Source of the DNA: Paraspadella gotoi
Lineage: Eukaryota; Animalia; Chaetognatha
Assembly: GCA_051294375.1 (NCBI GenBank)
Contig: CM119264.1
Span: 18,768,266-18,832,265 of the forward strand
Direction of reading: 5' to 3'
Length of the DNA: 64,000 nucleotides
Numbering within the stretch: the first letter of the stretch is position 1; the number at the start of each line of letters is the position of its first letter. This document shows, in pieces, positions 13,534-28,676 of the stretch. The notes under the pieces were generated by a model. It was not told the DNA's origin. It did no database searches and worked only from the letters and a program-made list of their open reading frames with translations. A program made the position numbers and the translations under genes.

Positions 13534-15709
13534 CTGCGGGGAGAGGGAGAGAAAGAGAGAGACAGAGAGAGAAGAGGAGAGAGAGAGAGAGGCTCGAGAA
13601 CGAGATGAGAGAAGACGAGATGGGATGAGATGAGAGAGAGGATGAGAGACGAGAGAGAGAGAGAGAGCGTGTATTACGATTAGACCACTAAATAGGAAGT
13701 CAAAAGTACAAATAGGAAGTCAAAAGTTTGTTTAGCCGTTTCAATTTCCTGAAAGGAACGACAACCGATATCGCCTTTCAGGTCTGATAGGTTTTTTTTT
13801 CCTTTGTGTTGTTTCAAAGTACAAATTCCTTCTACAGCATAAACTAAAATCTTGGTTGTCGCGCGCCGTGGTCGTCGTCGTCGTCGTCGTCGTCGTCATC
13901 CCTCGTCACCGCAGATAACCCTGAGAGAATAAATCATTTCCGCTCCTCAATTAACGCGCTATTCGTCATTCCTCGAGTGAGGTCAATCTTCCCTGAGCGT
14001 CGATGACAAATCGTTTGTTGTCTTCAGATTCTTTTTTTTTTTTCGCTCCCTTCTTTATTTTCAGTCGGTCCGTCGGTACGACCAAATTTTTTTATTGTCG
14101 GTAAATCTCCTAAAGGATCTGAGAACATCGTTTGTCTGTCTGTCAATCCGTCTACCCTTAGTTTTAAATTGTATTTACAAAACAAAATGAAGCTTGAATC
14201 TTCAGCAACAAGAAAAAAAGGCAAAAACATAAACCTGAGTCGTCATCGTGCTTTGGTCAGGAAATGTTTATTGAATAATATTTCGTCTTATCGATGATGG
14301 ATGATGAATGACGATTTAATATCTCCGAAATCCGAGGATGAGCAAAAAAAAAAAAGGCAGAGAAAGAAAGAGGATTAAGATAAAGTGAGAAATGAAAAGA
14401 AAGAAATGGATTGTTCAAGATCGACCGCCTACTGCCCAGTCCATATTTTTCTAGCCTCTTTAGCGATAATGGGGTCGCCCATGTAGAGATTTCTGCATTT
14501 ATCCACAAACCAGCTTGATCAGTGATCAACGATGACCTGCCATCTTGCTTCCACATTGGTTGTCCAAAATTAGAGTTCTGTTCCTCTGTCACTTCTCACG
14601 TCACCGCGGCGAACTCGACATCACGGCCGCACGACAGGACATCCCGGGAATCCGATCAAATTTTTTTTCGACGAAGATGAATTCGAAAACCAAAGTTGTT
14701 TGCGTGGATCTTCCTCGCTGGGGTGGGGGGGAGAGACCGGGGGATAGATCCGGGTAACAAGGCGGCTTGGCCCTGCCAAATCCTGCCATCTCGCATTCGT
14801 CCTTTTACTCCGCATCACTTTTTCTCTATCCTCATTTTTCTCCCATTTCTTTTCCTTCTCTTTCTCCATATTTCGACTTCTCTCTCTTCTCCTTTCTAAA
14901 TCTCTCTGTCTACTATCTCCGTTTTCTTTCTCGTTTGTCTCCGAACATCTCTTCTCCCTTCATCCGCCTCTTTCTCTCGATCCCTTTCCGAATCGTTCCC
15001 CTCATCCATTACAAAAACATTTCTCTCTTCGATGATATTTTCAAAAAAAGATTTAGAGAAAAAAAACGTCATCGCAAATCGACGGGAAAAAGGGAACGAA
15101 TTCGTTGGCTCGAGTCTCCCGAGCGCCATCCACTTTTCTTTGCCTTTTTGTCAAATAGGTTTTTTTTTCTTTTTTTTTTTTGCCACTAAAATTAACGATT
15201 TTTAGATTCTCTATCGCCCCCTTGATATTGCCATCTCATCGTTGTAATCTCCATTTAGTTCTTATCTTATTTTATTTTTAATTCATCTCTTTCAACTTAA
15301 TTTATTCGTCGATGCCGTCTCATCATTTGCCATCGGATCCCCGGGACGAGGGCCGAGTTTTTTTCTTTCTTTTTTTGCCAAGAGAGACACAAAAAAAATT
15401 GTGAATGGAGCGAAGAAAAAGTCGTTATTCAGTCCAGCGCCGTACATTGACAACGACATTGAGAGAGCGAGTCTCTCGGACCAGAAAGTGTTTTATGAGA
15501 GCGCGCACTCTCTCTTCAACTTTCTCTCTCGGCCTTCCGAGTCGCTAGTTTGAGTCGAAGTTAAAACGACTTTTAAGGACCGAGAGATGAAAATAAAAAG
15601 TCCTTTAACTGTCGCAAAGTGTCTCTGCTGAGGGAGGGTAGAGTGAGAAAATAGAGAGAGAGGAGAGAGAAGAGAGAAAGAGAGAAGAGAGAAATATAGA
15701 AACTTAGAA

Positions 15710-15758
<49 letters not shown>

Positions 15759-16490
15759 GAGGGAAAGTAAGATAAAAGGACTCTAGGCTTTCAGGTCGAA
15801 GGGAAAAAGTGCGGTTATGAAAATAATAAAAGAAATCGAACCATGTATCGCAGCGATGACAGCACGCCCTGGCGAGGCAGACGTTGTGAGAAGGTGGGCT
15901 GGAATCTCAGTATTGACTCAGCATACCTTTGTATGTCTGGTGCTGGTGCGTAAGTGAGCCAAAAACATTTTCACGATAACAGTGAATTTCTCAGCGAAAG
16001 GTAACCCTTCGATGAAAAGGCAGAGATAGCCGGTGCGCGGCGGAAAATAAAGTAAGGAGAGCGAGCGATGATCTTAGCATAAAAATGAGTGAAAGTTAAT
16101 CTTGAAAAGGATTCGACGTCAGGGTGTAATACATAAATGATGATCGTGAGAACGCTATTAAAAAGGGTCTGCTTAGGAGTGAGACGGGAAAGGGCGTGAA
16201 TGTTCGGTGGTGTGAAACTCGGGAGACAACGCGATGAAAACAGCGACGCGCTGAACGAACGAATCGTTTGGTCATCTCTCAGTGAATCAGAACCGCGTGA
16301 TTGTGTCACCCGATTTTGTGAGACTTCATCGATTCGTGACCTCCCCATCTCCGCGGGAATCCACTTCCGCGACGAACCGAGTCTTTTGACAAAAACACGA
16401 ATAATTGAGACAATGAGTTAGAGGAGAAGCGACTTCTTCTAAGCCCCAGAATCGGGGTCTTGATCTCTTTCTCTCTCTCGCTCTCTCTCG

Positions 16491-16538
<48 letters not shown>

Positions 16539-17416
16539 TCTCCTCCTCTCGGTACAATTATCATGTTAAGCTAGTTGTTATGAAAGAGTATAAAAGTCTT
16601 TCCTAAAAAAATAAAAACTTGATTAGCTTTAAAATATTTCGTTCGGGTTTTAAAAATGTCAAAAACCTTCGGTTCGATCTTCGACGGAGCGAATTGAGAA
16701 CAAATTGAAAAGACGAAGAAAAAAAAAGTGGAAGTGAATAGTTTCTCGCCGACCTCGCTACCCACGACTCTCCTTCTCTGTATACCCTCATCCGTCCTAG
16801 AGTTGCCGGTTGCTCTGCCGTCGACCGAGCCGGCACCTCCGACGCAGCCGACAGCCGCCGTAGCAGCCGCCGGGCCGCGCAATCTTTTTCAAGACCATTA
16901 ACGTCGCTTTATCTTTCGGTTATCGGCCCTTCCTAGTTTTTTTCTCTTTCTTTCTCTCCCCGTTTTTTTTTTTTTTGTCAGGAACTTTCTTTTTTTTTTT
17001 TTTTTAAACATTTTTCCTGGCTTCTCTTTGCTTGTTTTATTTTTCTCTCTTCTTAATACGATTCTGCTTGAGACTTTTCCCAAGAATTTTTTTCTTTTCT
17101 TTTTTTTCCTCACCCTACGATTTTTTTGCGCCTTTCACCTAAAGTCGAAACCTTTCGTTCTTCTTTTTTTTCTTCGAAACCTTGTTGTTCTTATTCTTTC
17201 TTTCCTCCAAGTCTAACTTTTTTTTTATGAATAAATTCGTTGTTGAGACAACGACAACTACGACTATCTGGACAATCAGTACAACAACGACCCTTGGGTC
17301 ACATAGAACGCCAGAACTCTTGCCTCACTTTCCCTTGGTCGCCGTAAACTCGACATAACACAATCACAGTTGGCCCGAGCTCACGCTCCCTATACTCTCC
17401 CCTCTTCCTTTTTTAG

Positions 17417-18434
17417 GATCTGGCCTCCGGGTTCTCCCCCTACGACCCAGCACCCCAGGAAAATACGTTTCCTGGTTGGATTCGGAAAAACAATCTTACC
17501 GATGGTCATCAGACACGTGGATCCGGAGCGACGCCGGTGAGTCGCTGAGAGGACGACGACCTAGTTTTTTTCTGTTCTGGATTTGGCATTATTCTAGAAA
17601 AAGATCATAATTATTTAAAAACAGTTAAACAATAATTTCCTTATTCTGAATTTAATTTTAATCTCCAATAACTATCCCTGACCACTAACTTAATCTTTAA
17701 CTTTAAAAACATTGACTAAATTTCTGATTTAACTGAATAAGGGCGCTTTATAATAAGTACTTTGAATCATTGTTCACCACAAAAAATATTTTAAAAGAAA
17801 AAAAAAAATATTCGGATCAGAGGAAAAAGAAAATCAAACTTTTATCGGATTAAAAAAAAAAAAAGAACACATGTGGACTAACATCGAATTGACAGTTTTG
17901 AACCAAAATAATAAAAGAATAATTTGGGCGGGGAGAAACCTTCGCCTGGGGTAAAGGAGGGGTGCTTAAAGATTGAAAAATCAAATTAAAGCCCCACTTG
18001 TAAAAAAAAAAAAAAGTCGTCTCAACTAAAAAAAAAAAAAAAAAAAAAAAAAAATGAGGAGGTGAAGTTTTTCACTTTTAAATCGTAATCCCCGGAGGCT
18101 CCCTTTATCCCCTTTACAGTTTTTCTCGCTGCTGTTCTGCATAAACCTCGCTCCAAACCTTTCCAGTTTCTCAACTTCGGCCCCCTGAGAGAGAAGAAGA
18201 GAGAGAGAGAGAGATGAGAGAGAGAAGAGAGAAGAGAGAGCAGGAGAGAGAGAGAGGCGCGCTAAAGACAGAGGACATATTTCTTTTTTTTTAACTTTTT
18301 CGCTTTCCTCTAAAGTGGGGGTTACAGGGGGGAAAAAACTTTTACGCGGACTTTCTAAACGCTTTTCATTACTTAATTCCTCTCTCTCTCTTTCCTCTTT
18401 CCTCCCCCTCTTCTTTCTCTCTCTCTCTCTCTTC

Positions 18435-18484
<50 letters not shown>

Positions 18485-19002
18485 CTCTCTCTTCTCTCTC
18501 TCTTCTCTTTCCTCTCCTCTCCCGCCCTTTTTTTCCGCCTGTCCGCCCACCAGGGTCTACATGTGCGGCAACATTCAATTATTGACATTTATTCATCACG
18601 ACCAGTCCCATCTGAGTCCACCAATCTCGACCTTTACGAGGGGCTGCCTGCCGTCCGTTCGTACCTGCAAGGTAAGTTCCGCTGGAGTTCGGCGATCGAC
18701 GGGAGGGTTTGGGTGGGAGTTAAGGGGTGAGGAATCCCAGCCTGGAGGAATTGTGAAAGGGAATTTCGAATTGGATTCGTCGAAATGTAACGTATAGGAC
18801 AAAAAGATCATGTACATAGTAATATTTTATTATGCAGTTTTCTTTCTATGATTATGTTAATGTTATTATTTATCTTATGTGAATATTTGTAGAGGAAAAT
18901 GGCGAAGTGGAATGGCGAATCGGGCAGAGAGTGTCTCAGTGGGTGAGATGGCAGAGGAGCGTTGAAGCGAAAAGTTAACGGTTTATGGACGACATCGTGG
19001 CT

Positions 19003-19044
<42 letters not shown>

Positions 19045-19049
19045 GAGAG

Positions 19050-19084
<35 letters not shown>

Positions 19085-20025
19085 AGAGAGAGATGAAGAA
19101 GAATTGAACATTTATTGGAAGGAGATAAGTGAAGAGCACTTAAGTCAAACGAACAGGGTTTAATTGATTTAAACGATAATCTTTTATTTATTAATGTTTT
19201 CGTCATTCGGCACCTGTTCCCTTGTTTAAAAAACTTTTTTTGAGAATTGATTTTTTCTGTCGGCTTCAATTAAGTCACTTTTTGAAATGAGCGATTGATG
19301 AATATTTATTAGCATGGTCATGACCCATTGGTCAGACTTAGCTCTCCCAATAGCTTGGAAAACAACAACGTGGTTCTGACGTGAGTTGTGACTGAAAATA
19401 CTGTTACGCATGTTTCTCTTCTCTCTGACGAGGCAATTTATAAAAAGCTTCCTCCAATCAGAACCTCCTTGCAAATAGATCCAGCGAAAGTCTTTCCAGT
19501 TAGCTTTCCTCGGAGATGACAGTCGTAATATCGGCGAATGATGGTCGAGGAGCAATTGGATGCGGGAACAGAATCTGTTTTTCGATTAATCACATTTAAG
19601 ATGTCGCGCGGTCCGCGGTAGAGGCTTGGATGTTCGCGAAAGGTTAGCCGGTGAAGAGGTGGGTTTTTTTTTAGTTATATTTTGGACAAAGGAAACAAAC
19701 ATAATACTCAACTCTTATCATTTATCTCACTTTACCACTATACTCAAAAATTCTGTCACATTCATCCCAACCGCTTTTACCACTCCCTCTCTCATCAACC
19801 ACCTTCGGCGGACTGCGACAGAATTGAGTTGGGCCTCGGGCAAGCGAAACCGCCTGGGGAAATCCGTTGCGGCGGGACCGAATGACGCGGGGCCACCGAC
19901 GGCGTCGGAAGGCGGCGCCGATGACGAGGACGGGCGCGACATTACGTGGGCGAGGGAATGAGAGGAGGGGCGAGAGAGGAAAGAGGAAGGAGGACGGTGG
20001 CCACCATCAAATTCACGCCCAACAG
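17417..20025 (+). pseudogene. Inverted copy of IgSF exons 3-5 (17417-17536, 18554-18671, about 19795-20025), frameshifted
   Basis: Reverse-complement matches to the exons at 27649-27773, 26513-26622 and 25179-25408, with many indels. Lacks exons 1-2. Confidence 0.6.
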
Positions 20026-20678
20026 GTAAAAAGAGAAAAAGAAAATGAAATGTGATTATTATCTATGATTTAATTAAATTTCAAAATGGACTGACATAAG
20101 GCCTGTTGATAAGAGAACGAAAAATGGACACAATAACCCATGACATTTAAATTCACCTGCGGAAATGGTGAATAATCCTATAATGAGATGGCGTTCGAAA
20201 CCGAAAAAGTAACCTTACTAACTGAGGCAAGGGAAGGCTACAATCAGGCGACAAGAGAGATGGACACATGGACGACAGACTGGACAGACGATCGGACTCA
20301 GAGATCGGACACAGATCATTTAATCATACCAACAAAAGACAGAGGACAAAAGCCAATGGACAGATGAACAGAGGTGCAGACAGCAAACCGATAAGAGATA
20401 TCGGATATATAGAATTAAAGATAAACGGGGGACATACGGAAAAAAGAGATAGACAGGAGAGGAGACGAAGAGACAGAGCGGCCAGAGGGTCTCGGAGAGA
20501 GGGCGTTCAACCGACGGGCACGAGCTTCAAACGGTGCGTGGGAGGACCTGAGTGGGAATTTTAATGGAGCGATTGAAGCCGGATTAATTGTTTAGAGGGG
20601 ACAGGAAGGTTGGCTTTTGCGGTTTAGGCGCTCATAAACGTTGAATTAACGGCGCAGTGGCCGGTGGTGGAGAGAGGA

Positions 20679-20741
<63 letters not shown>

Positions 20742-21343
20742 TGGCGTGATGACACTCGTTCACTCACGACTGTTCGCAATGACCACTCGAGGTATTCCTG
20801 ACGAGGCGCGCCGCCCAGGTGCAGTGCAGGTTTCATTGAAGACCTGGTTTGATATAAGCGAAGAGAAAGGTTTCGTTGCATCGAAGTTTAGACATACGTA
20901 GTAGTGAGAGAGAGTAAGCAGTTTTTCGGAATGCGGATCATAATTAAATTTCAACATGTATTTACAATTTTTATAGTTATTGTTTTGCAGTTGAAACTAA
21001 CCAATCTATTCACTATCGGAGATATGGAGATATCACAAAATGACTTTTTTTTATTACAAGTAACATTTAAAATATTCTTTTTCTGGTATTTGAAGAGAAT
21101 CGTATTGTGATAAAGCGAAGAATTTGATTAACGGAGTCTGAAACGACTATGAGGACGACCGTACTGCACGACAGACAACAGCACAACAACGATAGAGGCG
21201 GCTTTCTTGGATAACGACTCTCACTCGACGATTTCCCTCGCTCCTCGTTTCTCACCAGTTTCGATGTTATCACAAGCATCTGCCTTTGTGATGATAACAC
21301 CGCCGAGAATTCCGTGCATCACATAATCTTGTGACATATTCAC

Positions 21344-21424
<81 letters not shown>

Positions 21425-21631
21425 CTCTCTCTCTGTCTCTTCTCTCTCTTCTCTCTCTCTCTCTCTCTCTCTCTCCACCTTTTCGCAATCAATTACAGTC
21501 CCATGAGGAGATGTTCCTTTTTCTGAGGAGCCACGAGTGCATGCGTGAGGACGTGATGATGTGCCGACGGCATTTATTTGATGCATCACACCGTAGTGAC
21601 TCAGTAATTTCATTCACGAGAGAGAGAGAGG

Positions 21632-21708
<77 letters not shown>

Positions 21709-23519
21709 ACGAAATAAACGAGGAAAAACGACTAGGGATAAAGCGAAAAGTTCGCTGGTTAATCGAGGGCGAAGAAGAACTCGGAAAAGTGCGCTTGAGC
21801 GGGAAGCTCCTCGAGGCGAGCGCTCGGAAGGGGAGGCGACACTGGCTTAACGTAAGAGCGCAACTGGAGAGCGATTTAAAAAATTGACAAAAAGAGTATT
21901 TTGTGTGGACCCTTGAACAAAAGTGTCGAGAATGGATAATTAGAAAGAAAAATGAAAGATAAGCAAATATTTGACTATTTTATTATATTAATCAATAATA
22001 TTATATTATTCAATAGTGAAGGGAAAAAATACATAAGAGACAAATCGCTTATTATCATTCTTTCCTCGGTTTTGTCGGGAAATAGAATTTGTTCAAAGGG
22101 AATTAGTTACAAATCTAAGAAGCGCCACGCATCTCGTCTTTAGGAGGATTAACTTGAAGAAAACGAAAATCTTTAAATATCACAGATTTCAAATTGCACA
22201 CTCATTAAAAGAAAGACGATGTAAAGAATTCAAAGTTGAGGCCAGATTGCGATGAATCGAAGCGGAGAAGAAAGGAACAAAAGACGACCGCTCCCGACTA
22301 AAAAATAGCTGACCTCGTTTCACGCGGTCGCGAATTCTCTCTTTCGCTCTCACGCTTGCTATNNNNNNNNNNNNNNNNNNNNNNNNNGAGAGAGAGAGAG
22401 AGAGAGAGAAATATGAGCATAAAGACTTGTTCCTCTTTCGAAGAACACAAGTTTTTTTTTTTAAATTAAATTCTTTCCGAGTTTCCGACGACGACTTTGT
22501 CGTGTTAACTGTCAAGTTGTTGACACGACTGCATGTCGCACAATCGTTCTCGTTGTTGTTAATGTTGTCATTCGTTCTCTCGAGACATCTGAAGATAACC
22601 GGACTGAAAAAAGAGAGAGATATGCAAGGCGTGGAGAGCGAAAGAGAGAATTCGCGACCGCGTGAAACGAGGTCAGCTATTTTTTAGTCGGGAGCGTTCG
22701 TCTTTTGTTCTTTCTTCTCCGCTTCGATTCATCGCAATCTGGCCTCAACTTTGAATTCTTTACATCGTCTTTCTTTTAATGATGTGCAATTTGAAATTCT
22801 GTGATATTTAAAGATTTTGGTTTTCTCAAGTTAATCCTCCCTAAAGACGAGATGCGTGGCGCTTCTTAGATTTGTAACTAATTCCCTTTGAAAGAATGAT
22901 AAAGAGCGATTTGTCTCTTATGTATTTCTTTCGCTTTCACTATTGTATAATATAAGAATATTGAATAATATANNNNNNNNNNATCGTCTTTCTTTTAAAG
23001 ATGTGCAATTTTAAATTCTGTGATATTTAAAGATTTTGGTCTTCTCAAGTTAATCCTCCCTAAAGACGAGATACGTGGCGCTTCTTAGATTTGTAACTAA
23101 TTCCCTTTGAACAAATTCTATTTCCCGACAAAACCGAGGAAAGAATGATAATGAGCGATTTGTCTCTTATGTATTTTTTCCCCTTTCACTATTGAATAAT
23201 ATAATATTATTGATTAATATAATAAATAGTCTATATTTGCTTATCTTCATTTTTTCTTTCTAATTATCCATTCTCGACACTTTTGTTCAAGGGTCCACAC
23301 AAAATACTCTTTTGTCATTTTTTAAATCGCTCTCCAGTGCGCTCTTACGTTAAGCCAGTGTCGCCTCCCCTTCCGAGCGCTCGCCTCGAGGAGCTTCCCC
23401 GCTCAAGCGCACTTTCCGAAGTTCTTCTTCGCCCTCGAGTTAACCAGCGAACTTTTCGCTTTTATCCCTAGTCGTTTTTCCTCGTTTATTTCGCTTCTCT
23501 GCCTCTCTCTCTCTCTCTC

Positions 23520-23553
<34 letters not shown>

Positions 23554-23738
23554 CTCTCTCTCTCTCTCTCTCGTCTCTCTCTCTCTCTCTCTCTCGTGAA
23601 TGAAATTACTGAGTCACTACGGTGTGATGCATCAAATAAATGCGCGTCGGCACATCATCACCGTCCTCACGCATGCACTCGTGGCTCCTCAGAAAAGGAA
23701 ACATCTCCTCATGGGACTGTAATTGATTCGAAAAGGTG

Positions 23739-23873
<135 letters not shown>

Positions 23874-24528
23874 TCGTGAATATCGTCACAAGATTATTGT
23901 GATCACGGAATTCTCGGCGGTGTTATCATCACAAAGGCAGATGTTGTGATAAATCGGAACTGGTGAGAAACGAGGAGCGAGGGAATCGTCGAGTGAGAGT
24001 CGTTATTCCAAGAAAGCCGCCTCGTAGTCGTTGTTGTTGCTGTTGTTGTCGTGGAGACGGTCGTCCTCATAGTCGTTTCAGACTCGTTAATCAAATTCTT
24101 CGCTTATCACAATACGATTCTCCTTCAAAACCCAGAAAAATAATATTTTAATGTTTACTTGTAATAAAAAAATCATTTTGTGATATCTCCCATATCTCCG
24201 ATAGTGAATAGATTGGTTAGTTTTCACTGCAAAAACAATAACTATAAAAATGGTAAATATATGTTGAAATTTAATTATGATCCGTTCCGAAAAACTGCTT
24301 ACTCTCCTACTACTTCGTATGTCTTATCTTCGATGCAACGAAACCTTTTCTCTTCGCTTATCTCAACCAGGTCTTCAATGAAACCTGCACTCACCTGGGC
24401 GGCGCGCCTCGTCGAGGAATACCTCGAGTGGTCATTGCGAACAGTCGGTGAGTGAACGAGGTGCATCAACGCCAGACTCTCTCTCTCTCTCTCCGCTCTC
24501 TCTCTCTCCTCTCCTCTACTCCTGCGAC

Positions 24529-24559
<31 letters not shown>

Positions 24560-25178
24560 CCACCGCCCTGCGCCGTTAATTCAACGTTTATGAGCGCCAT
24601 AAAGCCGCAAAAGCCACCTTCTGTCCCTCGTAAACAATTAATCCGGCTTCAATCGCTCCCATTAAAATTCCCACTCAGGTCCTCCGCCCGTTTGAAGCTC
24701 GTTGCCCGTCGGTTGACGCCCCTCGCTCCGAGCCTCTGGCGCTCTGTCTCTTCGTCTCTCTGTCCCTCGGTTCTACTCTTTTTTCGTGTGTCCCTCTGTT
24801 TATCTTTAATTCTTTATATCCGTATATCTCTTTATCGGTTCCTGTCTGACCTCTGTTCATCTGTCCATTGCTTTTGTCTCTGTCTTTTGTTGTATCATAA
24901 ATTATCTGTGTCCGATCTCTGTGTCCGATCTCTGTCCATCTGTCTCCATGTGTCCATCTCTCTGTGTCCCTGATTGTCCTTCCCTTCCTCATTAGTAGTA
25001 CTTTTCGTTTCGACGCATCTCATTATAGGATTATTCAGCATTTCCCAGGTGAATTTAAATGTCATGGTTAATTGTGTCATTTTTCGTTCTCTTCTCAACA
25101 GGCCCTTATGTCAGTCCATTTTGAAATTTAATTTAATCATAGATAATATCACATTTCATTTTCTTTTTCTCTTTTTAC

Positions 25179-25408
25179 CTGTTGGGCGTGAATTTGATGG
25201 TGGCCACCGTCCTTCCTTCCTCTTCTCCCTCTCGCCCCTCCTCCTCATCCTCGCCACGAATGTCGGCGCCGTCCTCGTCATCGGCGCCGCCTTCCGACGC
25301 CGTCGTGGCCCCGGCGTCATTCGGTCCCGCCGCAACGGATTTCCCCAGGCCGGTCGCGTTGCCGAGGCTCCAACTCAATTCTGGGCGCAGTCCGCCGAAG
25401 GTGGTTGA
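25179..25408 (-). CDS. IgSF gene, exon 5: STTFGGLRPELSWSLGNAT...acidic insert...RTVATIKFTPNR (C2-type Ig2)
   Basis: Acceptor ctctctcAG; donor acag|GTaaaa; 230 bp, phase 0 to 2. GG-x-x-P-x-L-x-W and T-x-x-T-x-x-F-T-P motifs are typical of nephrin/kirre/CADM-like C2 domains. NAT sequon. Confidence 0.9.
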
Positions 25409-26089
25409 CTGAGAGAGGGGAGTGGGTGAGAAGCGGGTTGGGATGAATGTGACATGAATTTTGAGTATAGTGGTAAAGGGAAGATAAATGAGTAAGAATT
25501 GAGTATGTATGTTGTCCTTTGACCAAAATATAACTAAAAAAAACCCCACCTCTTCACCGGCTACACCTTTCGCAACATCCAAGCCTCGACCGCGACCGGC
25601 GCGACCTCTTAATGTGATTAATCGAAAACAGATTCTGTTCCCCGCATCCAATTCGCCCTCGACCATCCTTCGATCCGATATACGACTTCATCTCCCGAGG
25701 GAAGCTACTGGAAAGACTTTCGCGGGATCATGCAAGAGTTTCGATTGGAGGAAGCTTTTATAAAATGCTCGTCAGAGAGAAGAGAAACATGGCGTAACAG
25801 ATTTTCAGTCACAACTCACGGTCAGAACTCACGGTTGTTGTTTTCCAAGCTATTGGGGAGAGCTAAGTCTGACCAATGGTCAGTGACCATGTTATAATAA
25901 TATTCATCAATCTGCTCATTTCAAAATACTGTAAGTTTTGAGCGACATGGAAAGAAATAAATTCTCAAAAAAGTTTTTACAAGGGAACAGGTCCAATTAT
26001 GACGAAAAACAATTAATAAATAAAGAGATTATCTTAAGTGCTCTTCAACTTCTCTCCCTTTCCAATGAAATGTTTCAATTCTTCTTCAT

Positions 26090-26175
<86 letters not shown>

Positions 26176-26512
26176 GAGCACGATCGCGTCGTCGATAAAC
26201 CGTTAAGCTTGTTCGCTTCACGCTCCCTGCCATCTCACCCACTGAGTACCACCTCTGCGATTCGCCATTCCACTTTCGGCCATTTTCCTCTAAAATATTC
26301 ACATAAGATAAATAATAACACTTATTACATAATCATAGAAAGAAAACTGCATAATTAAAATATTTACTATGTACATGCTTTTTTGTCCTATACGTTATCA
26401 TTTCGACGAATCCAATTCGAAATTCCCTTTCACAATTCTCAGGCTGGGATTCCTCACCCCTTAACTCACCCAAACCCTCCCCGTCGATCGCCGAGACTCC
26501 AGCGGAACTTAC

Positions 26513-26689
26513 CTTGCAGGTAGCGACGCAGGCAGCCCCTCGTAAAAGGTCGAGATTGGTGGACTGCAGATGGGGACTGTCGTGATGAAAATGTAAGTTT
26601 GATGTTGCCGCACATGTAGACCCTGGTGGGCGGACAGGCGGAAAAAAGGGCGGGGAGAGGAAAGAGAGAGAGAGAGAGAGGAGAGAGAA

Positions 26690-26745
<56 letters not shown>

Positions 26746-26936
26746 CGAGAGAAGGAGAAAGAGAGGAGAGGAGAGAGAGAGAGGAGGGGGAGGAAAAGAG
26801 AGAAAGAGAGAGAGAGGAATTTAAGTAATGAAAAGCGGTTTGAAAGTGCCCGTAAAAGTTTTTCCCCCTGTAACCCCCACTGTTAGAGGAAAGCGAAAAA
26901 GTTAAAAAAAAGAAAATGTCTCTCGTCTTTAGCGCG

Positions 26937-27002
<66 letters not shown>

Positions 27003-27129
27003 AGGTGGCCGAAGTTGAAAACTGGAAAGGTTGGCAGCGAGGTTTATGCAGAACAGCAGCGAGAAAACTGTAAAGGGGATAAAGGGAGCCTCCGGGGATT
27101 ATCGATTTAAAGTGAAAAACTTCACCTCC

Positions 27130-27160
<31 letters not shown>

Positions 27161-28619
27161 CGTTGAGACGACTTTTTTTAAAGTGGGGCTTTAATTTGAT
27201 TTTCAATCTTTAAGCACCCCTCCTTTACCCCAGGCGAAGGTTTCTCCCCGCCCAAATTATTCTTTTATTATTTTTGGTTCCAAAACTGTAATTCGATGTT
27301 AGTCCACATGTGTTCTTTTTTTTTTAATCCGATAAAAAGTTTGATTTCTTTTTTCCTTAACTGGAATCCAATATTTTTTTTTCTTTTAAAATATTTTTTG
27401 TGGTGAACAATGATTCAAAGTACTTTCATTATAAAGCGCCCTATTTCAGTTAAAATTCAGAATTTTAGTATGTTTTTAAGTTTAAAGATTAAAGTTAGTG
27501 GTCAGGGATAGATATTGAGATTAAAATTAAATTCAAGGATAAGGAAATTGATTGTTAATGTTTTATAAATAATTATGATCTTTTTTCTAGAATAATGCCA
27601 AATCCAGAACAGAAATAAAACTAGGTCGTCGTCCTCTCAGCGACTCACCGGCGTCGCTCCGGATCCACGTGTCCTGATGACCATCGTGTAGAGATTGTTT
27701 TTCCGATCCAACCAGGAAACCGTATTTTTCCTGGTGGTGCTGGGGTCGTAGGGGGAAACCGGAGGCCAGGATCCTAAAAAGAGGAGAGGGGAGAGTATAG
27801 GACGTGGAGCTCGGGCCAACTGGATTTGTTATGTCGAGTTTACGGCGACCAAGGGAAAGTGAGGCAAGAGTTCTGCGCTTCTATGTGACCCAAGGGGTCG
27901 TTGTTGTACTGATTGCTCCTAGATAGTCGTAGTTGTCGTTGCTCAACAACGAATTTATTCATAAAAAAAAAGGTTAGACTTGGAGAAAGAAAGAAATAAG
28001 AACAACTAAGGTTTCGAGAAAAGAAGAACGAAAGGTTTCGACTTTAGGTGAAAGGCGCAAAAAAATCTAGGGTGAGGAAAAAGAAAAGAAAAATTTCTTG
28101 GAAAGTCTCAGCAGAATCGTATTAAGAAAGAGAGAAAAGAAAGGTACAAAGCAAAGAGAAGCCAGGAAAATGTTTAAAAAATAAAAAAAAGGAAAGTTCC
28201 TGACAAAAAAAAAAAAACGGGGGAGAAGAAAGAGAAAAAAACTAGGAAGGGCCCGATAAGAAGAAGCGACGTTATGGTCTTGAAAAAGATTGCGCGGCGG
28301 CTGCTACGGCGGCTGTCGGCTGCGTCGGAGGGTGCCGGCTACGTCGACGGCAGCACCGGCAACTCTAGACGGATGAGGGTATAAGAGAAGGAGAGTCGTG
28401 GGTAGCGAGGTCGGCGAGAAAACTGATTCACTTCACTTTTTTTTTCTTCGTCTTTCAATTTGTTCTCAATTCGCTCCGGTCGAAGATCGAACCGAAGGTT
28501 TTGACATTTTTAAACCCGAACGAAATATTTAAAGCTAATTCAAGTTTTTATTTTTTTAGGAAAGACTTTTATAACTCTTTCATAACAACTTAGCTTAACA
28601 TGATAATGTTACGAGAGAG

Positions 28620-28676
<57 letters not shown>

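Noticed and set aside
22763-23215. Short tandem duplications flanking gaps (also 4399-4477 and 50441-51158)
   Set aside because: Each is an overlap on both sides of an N-run, i.e. unmerged contig ends.
24371-24447. Exon-like segment on the + strand (AG...GTGAGT), antisense to the Ig gene
   Set aside because: No partner exons and no recognisable peptide in any frame.
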